From Desulfomonilaceae bacterium (lineage in GTDB: Bacteria > Desulfobacterota > Desulfomonilia > Desulfomonilales > Desulfomonilaceae), in NCBI GenBank assembly GCA_041741735.1, contig JBGSJS010000059.1:1-54080 (forward strand): a DNA stretch of 54,080 nt, in the 5' to 3' direction. The notes under the pieces are model-generated. The model saw only the letters and a program-made list of their open reading frames with translations. It had not been told where the DNA came from and ran no database searches. The position numbers were made by a program, and so were the translations under genes. Position 1 is the first letter of the stretch. Each line of letters opens with the position of its first letter. Shown here one piece after another: positions 48,813 through 54,080 of this stretch.

Positions 48813-50417
48813 ATGGTCAAGGTTACCTGTTTTGGAGGCGCCGGGTCGGTGACCGGCTCGAATTATCTCGTTGAGACTTCCGGAGGAAGCAAGGTTCTCG
48901 TGGATTGCGGGCTCTTTCAGGGCGGCAGGGAGATGGAGCAGCGCAACCGGGGTCAATGGGGTTACGACCCCAAAAACATCGACACCCTGATCCTCACCCA
49001 TGCCCACATCGACCACAGCGGCCGAATTCCCAAATTGGTGAAGGACGGTTTTCGGGGAAGGATCATTACGTCTCCGCCGACCGCGGAGCTCTGTGAGATC
49101 ATGCTTCTCGATTCAGCCCATGTGCAGGAAATGGAAGCCGAATGGCAATCCAGAAAGAAGCGTCGGCAAGCACGGAAGGGTCTTCAACCGCTCTACACCA
49201 CGGCTGACGCCGAAGAGAGTCTGAAGCTGCTGGTTCCGACCGAGCTCAATCAGGTCATCGATATCGAACCGGGGATCAGGGCGCGGCTCAGAAACGCGGG
49301 GCATATCCTCGGTTCCTCCATTGTGGAGCTGTGGATTGAAGACGAAGGAAAGACAACCAAAATAGTCTTTTCCGGCGACCTGGGGAAACGGGACCAGCTC
49401 ATTGTCAAAGACCCCGAGGAAGTGTTTGAGGCGGACTACCTCTTCATCGAATCTACTTACGGCAACCGGTTGCACCGAAGCTTTGAAGAGAGTAAGGCCG
49501 AGCTCCTCGAAGCCATCCGGTACGCCTATTCTCATGACGAAAAGGTAATTATCCCTGCATTCGCCGTGGAGCGAACCCAGGAAGTGCTGTACATTCTCGG
49601 AGAGTTTTCACGAGCCGGGGAGATCCCCAACATACCGATTTTCCTCGACAGCCCCCTCGCGATAAAGGCAACCCAGATTTTCATTGAAAACAGGAAGTAT
49701 TTCGACGAAGAAGCACGGGAGATCGTTGCAGCCGGGGGCGATCCTTTCAACATCCCCAATCTCAAACTGACAGCAAGCGCCAACGACTCCATGAAGATCA
49801 ATCAGTTGAAGGAGTCGGCGATTATCATTTCCGCCAACGGTATGTGCACGGCAGGGCGGATCAAGCATCACCTGAAACACAACCTTTGGCGAGCAGGGGC
49901 AAGTATCGTCATCGTCGGATTCCAGGCCCAAGGCTCCACCGGAAGGCAGATCGTGGACGGGGCAAAAAACGTGACCATCTTCGGGGAGAAAATTGCCGTT
50001 CGCGCAAAGATCTTCACCATCGGCGGCCTCTCCTCTCACGCGGACAGAGACGACCTCCTCGAATGGGTGGGCAACTTCACGCAAAAGTCGAGTCCCCAAG
50101 TCTTTGTGATCCACGGGGAGCCGGTGTCGAGCGCGGACCTGGCGAAAACCATCAGAGAACAATTGAATCTTGAAACCTATGTGCCCCGGTGGCGCGAAAC
50201 CCTGCGTTTGGAGCCGGGGGAATGGACGCCGGAGAAGTTTCCCGAGGCCCCGGTGGTCGATGTGCGCCACAATATGCTCGTGGTGGCGGCCGAGCTCGAA
50301 GCCGAGCTCTCCGAATTGAGGGAGCATCTGGTCGATACGGAGAAAGAGATTTCGGACAGCGAGGTGAGCGCGTTGGCGAATATTCGGGACCAGTTGAGGG
50401 CTCTCATGTCGAAATAA
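48813..50417 (+). CDS. MBL-fold beta-CASP RNA-metabolising hydrolase (RNase J / CPSF-like).
   Basis: 534 aa. HAHIDHSG motif, then beta-CASP motifs and the C-terminal RNA-specificity region (..IFTIGGLSSHADRDDL..). Confidence 0.85.
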   Translation: MVKVTCFGGAGSVTGSNYLVETSGGSKVLVDCGLFQGGREMEQRNRGQWGYDPKNIDTLILTHAHIDHSGRIPKLVKDGFRGRIITSPPTAELCEIMLLDSAHVQEMEAEWQSRKKRRQARKGLQPLYTTADAEESLKLLVPTELNQVIDIEPGIRARLRNAGHILGSSIVELWIEDEGKTTKIVFSGDLGKRDQLIVKDPEEVFEADYLFIESTYGNRLHRSFEESKAELLEAIRYAYSHDEKVIIPAFAVERTQEVLYILGEFSRAGEIPNIPIFLDSPLAIKATQIFIENRKYFDEEAREIVAAGGDPFNIPNLKLTASANDSMKINQLKESAIIISANGMCTAGRIKHHLKHNLWRAGASIVIVGFQAQGSTGRQIVDGAKNVTIFGEKIAVRAKIFTIGGLSSHADRDDLLEWVGNFTQKSSPQVFVIHGEPVSSADLAKTIREQLNLETYVPRWRETLRLEPGEWTPEKFPEAPVVDVRHNMLVVAAELEAELSELREHLVDTEKEISDSEVSALANIRDQLRALMSK

Positions 50418-50488
50418 GAACGCGCTCAGAGAAGAGAGTTCACGGCATAACCATTCACTCTTGCGGGGGAAGAACTGAACCACCAATT

Positions 50489-50574
50489 TGTCATTGCGAG
50501 CGAAGCGAAGCAATCTCGTTGATCTGACTGCGCAAATTGAGAGATTGCTTCGTCGCGTGGCTCCTCGCAATGAC
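50489..50574. repeat. Long imperfect hairpin (nested inverted repeats GTCATTGCGAG...CTCGCAATGAC and GAAGCAATCTC...GAGATTGCTTC).
   Basis: ~25-bp stem potential, 70 nt downstream of the RNase J-like gene. Confidence 0.6.
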
Positions 50575-50838
50575 GGACTGCCGCGCGTAGTCAATGGATG
50601 CGTCACGGCTTCTCCCTTGCCGGCATTGAAAGTGTAGGAAATCGCCACTCTCCTGTAGGAATTATCAACAGTCCATAAAGTGCGGTTATAATCAATATAT
50701 ATACCGATTTCTGTATTTTGCCACACCCTCGTGTGGTGTTTTCCCTCAACACCTGCCGAGATTTTTTTGTGGCATTAATCCCGCCTAAACATCAACAATT
50801 CAACAAGTTGCGTCTCTCCGTTACCGCTGCATTTAAGT

Positions 50839-50854
50839 TGGCATGCATCGTGCT
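50839..50854 (+). promoter_or_regulatory. Possible sigma-54-like promoter TGGCATgcatcgTGCT (imperfect).
   Basis: GG-N10-GC spacing is correct, with 3 mismatches to TGGCACG-N4-TTGCW. Lies ~90 nt upstream of the 50943 gene. Confidence 0.25.
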
Positions 50855-50942
50855 CTATACGTGGGCAAGACGACGGAAAAACAAACCAACATGCCGTCGT
50901 CAACTTACGACCGATCATTACCGAACATGAAGGAGGCCCACA

Positions 50943-51164
50943 ATGCCCAGAGTAGAATTCCTCGAAAAGACGGCAGCGGATCTCGGCACGGCCATGCGAC
51001 ATCGTTGCTGCGTTCACGCGGTAAACGGAAGGGCCCCCATCGTGAAGAAATGTGCAAACAACTACGAGTGCGGCGCCTGTGAGTACGATCAAATGTTGGA
51101 TGACATGGATGTGGCGGCAAGGCCGGAAACACCCGGACAGACGCAGGCTTCACTGGCTGCATGA
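50943..51164 (+). CDS. Small protein carrying one Cys-rich CANN(F/Y)(D/E)CGAC.YDQMLDDM module (hypothetical metal-binding).
   Basis: AGGAGG SD 8 nt upstream; MPRVEFLEKTAADLGTAMRHRCCVHAVNGRAPIVKKCANNYECGACEYDQMLDDMDVAARPE.... Confidence 0.55.
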   Translation: MPRVEFLEKTAADLGTAMRHRCCVHAVNGRAPIVKKCANNYECGACEYDQMLDDMDVAARPETPGQTQASLAA

Positions 51165-51569
51165 GCAATCGGATTAATAATGCCGCCGGCGAATGGTAGA
51201 AGTGAGATTCTCTCGCAGGGGCAATCAAGAGAAATGCGACATCGAAGGAGTCATCTACGACCGCTGTTTCGAGCAAGTAATGTTAGCCACGTCAGGCGGC
51301 CCCGTTTGAAACGGACGACACTTGCCCGAAACAGCAACCTTCTCGACCCTGAAGCACCCCGAGTTACATTCGCATAGCATCAACAGTTTGCCCTGAAGTG
51401 CGCTTACATTCCTTGCGGCATGGACATCGCCGTACGCGAAGTATCACCCGCCCGAACCGGCATCACTACCGCATGCGGACGGGCAGCACAGGAAGATTCC
51501 GGGCTTCTTTTCCTCTCGGAGGGTCAGAGTCCGGTGAACAATCACGAGCGAAAGCGCAGGAGGCCCTAC

Positions 51570-52466
51570 ATGGAAACGAAAGAAAAGAGGAGGAGCACCG
51601 TTACCGGATTCAACTTCTCGCAAAGGGAATGCATTTGGATGAAAGCGAGAGTTGTTCCCACAAAGTACTGTGACAATGCGTTCGATTGCAACACCTGTGA
51701 GTTCGACAAGGCCATGGGGAGGAAGTTGGCAAAAGCGACTCCCAAGACTGACTGGAACGACTCCATGAACATGCTTCCAACAGCCGATCGCCGATGTCGT
51801 CACGCGCTCACCGGCAACGCGCCCGCCGGCAAAGTGTGCGCGAACAACTTCGACTGCGGAGCATGTGCCTATGACCAGATGCTTGACGACATGAGCCAGG
51901 TGGATCACACTCTGTTCGGACCGCCCCAGTACCTGAGGGCCCACGGGTACCTCGTGCCCCGCGACTATTACATCCACAACGGTCACGGCTGGGCCCGGGT
52001 CGAATATGGGGGAAGAATTCGCATCGGGTTGGACGACTTCGGCAACCGACTGGTCGGCCAAGTCGAGAAGTTCCGCCTTCCTTCCCTGGGAACCCGCTTC
52101 GATACAGGAGATGAATCGTTCATTCTCCGACGGGAAGACCATGAAGCCGGCGTGAGGGCTCCCCTGACCGGAGTGGTCACCGCATTGAATCAGAAGCTGC
52201 TCGACCATCCGGAATGCTCCCAGGCGGACCCGTACAGCGGCGGGTGGGTGATGCTTATCGATCCCACGGAGCTGCGTTCCGACCTGAAAGAGCTCTATTT
52301 CGGTCTGGACAGCGTCAAGTTCATCGAATCGGAGGCCGAGCGGCTCCTGTCCCTCATCACCGACGACCCGGCTGCGGCGGCGGCCACAGGTGGTGAGCCC
52401 ATCACCGACGTGTACGGCGCATTTCGCGATATGGGCTGGGAGAACCTTGTCAAACGGTTTATCTGA
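51570..52466 (+). CDS. Protein with two copies of the same Cys-rich module fused to a GcvH-like (lipoyl-domain-fold) C-terminal domain that lacks the lipoyl-Lys.
   Basis: AGGAGG SD 7 nt upstream. METKEKRR...YCDNAFDCNTCEFDKAM...RRCRHALTGNAPAGKVCANNFDCGACAYDQMLDDM..., then YLVPRDYYIHNGHGWARVEYGGRIRIGLDDFGNRLVG...DPYSGGWVMLIDP (GcvH-like). The ESVK lipoyl-attachment position reads ILRRED. Confidence 0.6.
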   Translation: METKEKRRSTVTGFNFSQRECIWMKARVVPTKYCDNAFDCNTCEFDKAMGRKLAKATPKTDWNDSMNMLPTADRRCRHALTGNAPAGKVCANNFDCGACAYDQMLDDMSQVDHTLFGPPQYLRAHGYLVPRDYYIHNGHGWARVEYGGRIRIGLDDFGNRLVGQVEKFRLPSLGTRFDTGDESFILRREDHEAGVRAPLTGVVTALNQKLLDHPECSQADPYSGGWVMLIDPTELRSDLKELYFGLDSVKFIESEAERLLSLITDDPAAAAATGGEPITDVYGAFRDMGWENLVKRFI

Positions 52467-52592
52467 TGCCGATCGGCACTTAAAGATGGGATGTTACGGC
52501 ACGGGCGGCATGACTCGGAAGCGAAGCAGGTTTGGGACTTCGCTCCGGAAGAGACATGCCGTCCGCGTTACGTGTTTGGTCGCAAAAGCAGA

Positions 52593-53948
52593 TTAGTTTA
52601 CTTTCCTCTCTCTACCTGCCCATTCCTTGTTTCTCAACTCGTGCTTCTTGATCTTGCCCGTGGCGGTCTTGGGAAGCTCACCAAATTCAATGGCCTTGGG
52701 CACTTTGAACCTTGCCACCTGCTCCCTGCAGAAAGCTATGATCTCATCCTCCGTCGGGGCGTGCCCGGGCTTCGGAACGATGAAGGCCTTGGGAACCTCA
52801 CCCCACTTCGGGTCAGGCACTCCGACCACCGCCACCTCCAGAATGCCGGGGTGTTGGTACAGCACGTTTTCCAACTCGACGCTGGATATGTTCTCACCAC
52901 CGCTGATGATGACGTCTTTGGATCTGTCCTTGATTTCCACGTACCCCGTGGGATGGACCACGGCCAGATCGCCGCTGTGGAACCAGCCTCCGCGGAAGGC
53001 ATCGTCGGTTGATTGCTCCTGCTTGTAGTAACCCAGCATGACGTTGTTGCCCCGCATGACGATCTCACCCATTGTCTGTCCGTCTCTGGGGACCGGTTCC
53101 ATGGACGATTCGTTGACCACGTCCATATGAGCCGCGGTGACGTACGCCACTCCCTGACGGGCCTTGATCTTGGCCTTCTCGTCATCGGACAGGGTGCCCC
53201 ACGATTCCTGAGGGGCGCAAATGCTGTGGGGCCCGTACACCTCGGTCAGACCGTACACCTGCGTCACATCGGCTCCGAGGGCCTCCATGTTCTTGATTAC
53301 CGTTGGTGAGGGGGGCGCACCTGCGGTAATCACATTGAGCTTCCTCTTCATCTTCACGTCCTTGGCCCCGGGATAGCCCGACATGCCGATGAGAACCGTC
53401 GGGGCCGCGCACAGGTGAGACACCCCTTCCAGTTCCACGAGGCGATAAATTTCCTCGGGAACCACCTTCCGCAAACAGATGTGTTTTCCTCCTACCGCGG
53501 TCACTCCCCACGGGAAGCACCAGCCGTTGCAGTGGAACATGGGCAGCGTCCACAGGTAGACCGAACCGGAGCTCATCCCGTGCTCCAGGCCCTCCCCCAG
53601 AGCGTTCAGGTATGCCCCGCGATGGTGATACATGACTCCCTTGGGACGACCCGTTGTCCCGCTGGTATAGTTGAGGGTAATGACTTCCCGTTCGTCTTCG
53701 ATGGGGAACGGTACCGCCCCGTCGGATCCTGTTGCGAGAAATTCCTCGTATTCCATCCCTGCCAGAGGTCGATCCCGGGAGAGATCGCAAATGTTCACCA
53801 CGGTCTTGATCTCCGGCAGCTCATCCATCTTTGAGGCAACAAGGCCGGCGAGCTCGTTGTCCACAAAGAGTGCTTTGGAATCCGAGTCGTTGAGAATGTA
53901 GACCACTTCTCCCGGGGCCAGTCGGATATTGACGCTTACCGAGTGCAA
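52593..53948 (-). CDS. AMP-binding acyl-CoA synthetase, apparently N-terminally truncated (the start lies near the window edge).
   Basis: Contains LNYTSGTTGRPKGV (AMP-binding motif I), YGLTE, GWFHSGD, and ELPKTATGKIKK at the C-terminus. The ORF begins with TTG immediately after an in-frame TAG. About 100 aa of the usual N-terminus are missing, or lie in another frame upstream. Confidence 0.6.
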   Translation of the reverse strand: MHSVSVNIRLAPGEVVYILNDSDSKALFVDNELAGLVASKMDELPEIKTVVNICDLSRDRPLAGMEYEEFLATGSDGAVPFPIEDEREVITLNYTSGTTGRPKGVMYHHRGAYLNALGEGLEHGMSSGSVYLWTLPMFHCNGWCFPWGVTAVGGKHICLRKVVPEEIYRLVELEGVSHLCAAPTVLIGMSGYPGAKDVKMKRKLNVITAGAPPSPTVIKNMEALGADVTQVYGLTEVYGPHSICAPQESWGTLSDDEKAKIKARQGVAYVTAAHMDVVNESSMEPVPRDGQTMGEIVMRGNNVMLGYYKQEQSTDDAFRGGWFHSGDLAVVHPTGYVEIKDRSKDVIISGGENISSVELENVLYQHPGILEVAVVGVPDPKWGEVPKAFIVPKPGHAPTEDEIIAFCREQVARFKVPKAIEFGELPKTATGKIKKHELRNKEWAGRERKVN

Positions 53949-54080
53949 CTACTTCGCGTCATTCCTCAGGCGGCCCGGGGCAGTTCATTTGTGTAGAAGT
54001 CGTTATTGGCTTCGCTGGAAAGCCCGTAGAGGCGAGTTCTCTCTGATTTTCTTCTGAATCTCCAGAAGTCGGCCCAGTCT

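Noticed and set aside
1-54080. tRNA/rRNA genes
   Set aside because: No cloverleaf-compatible segments with a GTTCGAATC T-loop, and no rRNA-like sequence, were seen on a manual scan. This was not verified computationally.

Overview
High-GC window (~60% GC) that looks deltaproteobacterial: frequent GGAGG ribosome-binding sites, ATGA start/stop overlaps between coupled genes, and two selenocysteine UGA codons. Most genes are on the minus strand. From the left end: a partial CusB/CzcB-like RND adaptor, a choloylglycine-hydrolase-family Ntn hydrolase, and an HD-domain (SAMHD1/dGTPase-like) gene translationally coupled to a Panacea/DUF4065-like gene. Next come a macro-domain protein, a CBS protein, UspA, a PhoU-like protein, YjbQ and a Zn-dependent alcohol dehydrogenase. 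Then an accessory segment (~11.6-19.3 kb). It opens with a tandem array of ~190-bp hairpin repeats that contains a GxxExxY gene, and is bracketed by ~350-bp direct repeats. Inside it are a decayed IS3-family element, a B12-binding radical SAM gene, a MNT-type nucleotidyltransferase, an AT-richer hypothetical membrane protein and a HigB/HigA pair whose HigB carries an in-frame TAA. Beyond it lie a selenocysteine rhodanese::rubrerythrin-like fusion with a SagB-type tandem nitroreductase and a second rubrerythrin-like gene, then flotillin/NfeD and a DUF362 ferredoxin-domain protein. A partner-switching locus follows (STAS, Cache-HAMP-PP2C phosphatase, HATPase-like, GNAT-like and aminotransferase genes). 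After it is a putative sigma-54-driven cluster (small ORF, two V4R proteins, PstS-like binding protein). The right end holds a membrane-anchored selenocysteine thioredoxin, a DmpA peptidase, a GNAT, an MFS transporter, a three-subunit XDH/CODH-family molybdoenzyme, an RNase J-like beta-CASP hydrolase, a pair of genes sharing a novel Cys-rich module (one fused to a GcvH-like domain) and a truncated acyl-CoA synthetase. The most unusual non-coding signal is a ~200-230 nt conserved element present four times, three of them as 5' leaders of unrelated genes. The ORF track appears to use ATG/GTG/TTG as starts and to take the longest ORF, so several starts were trimmed to the codon with the best SD context.
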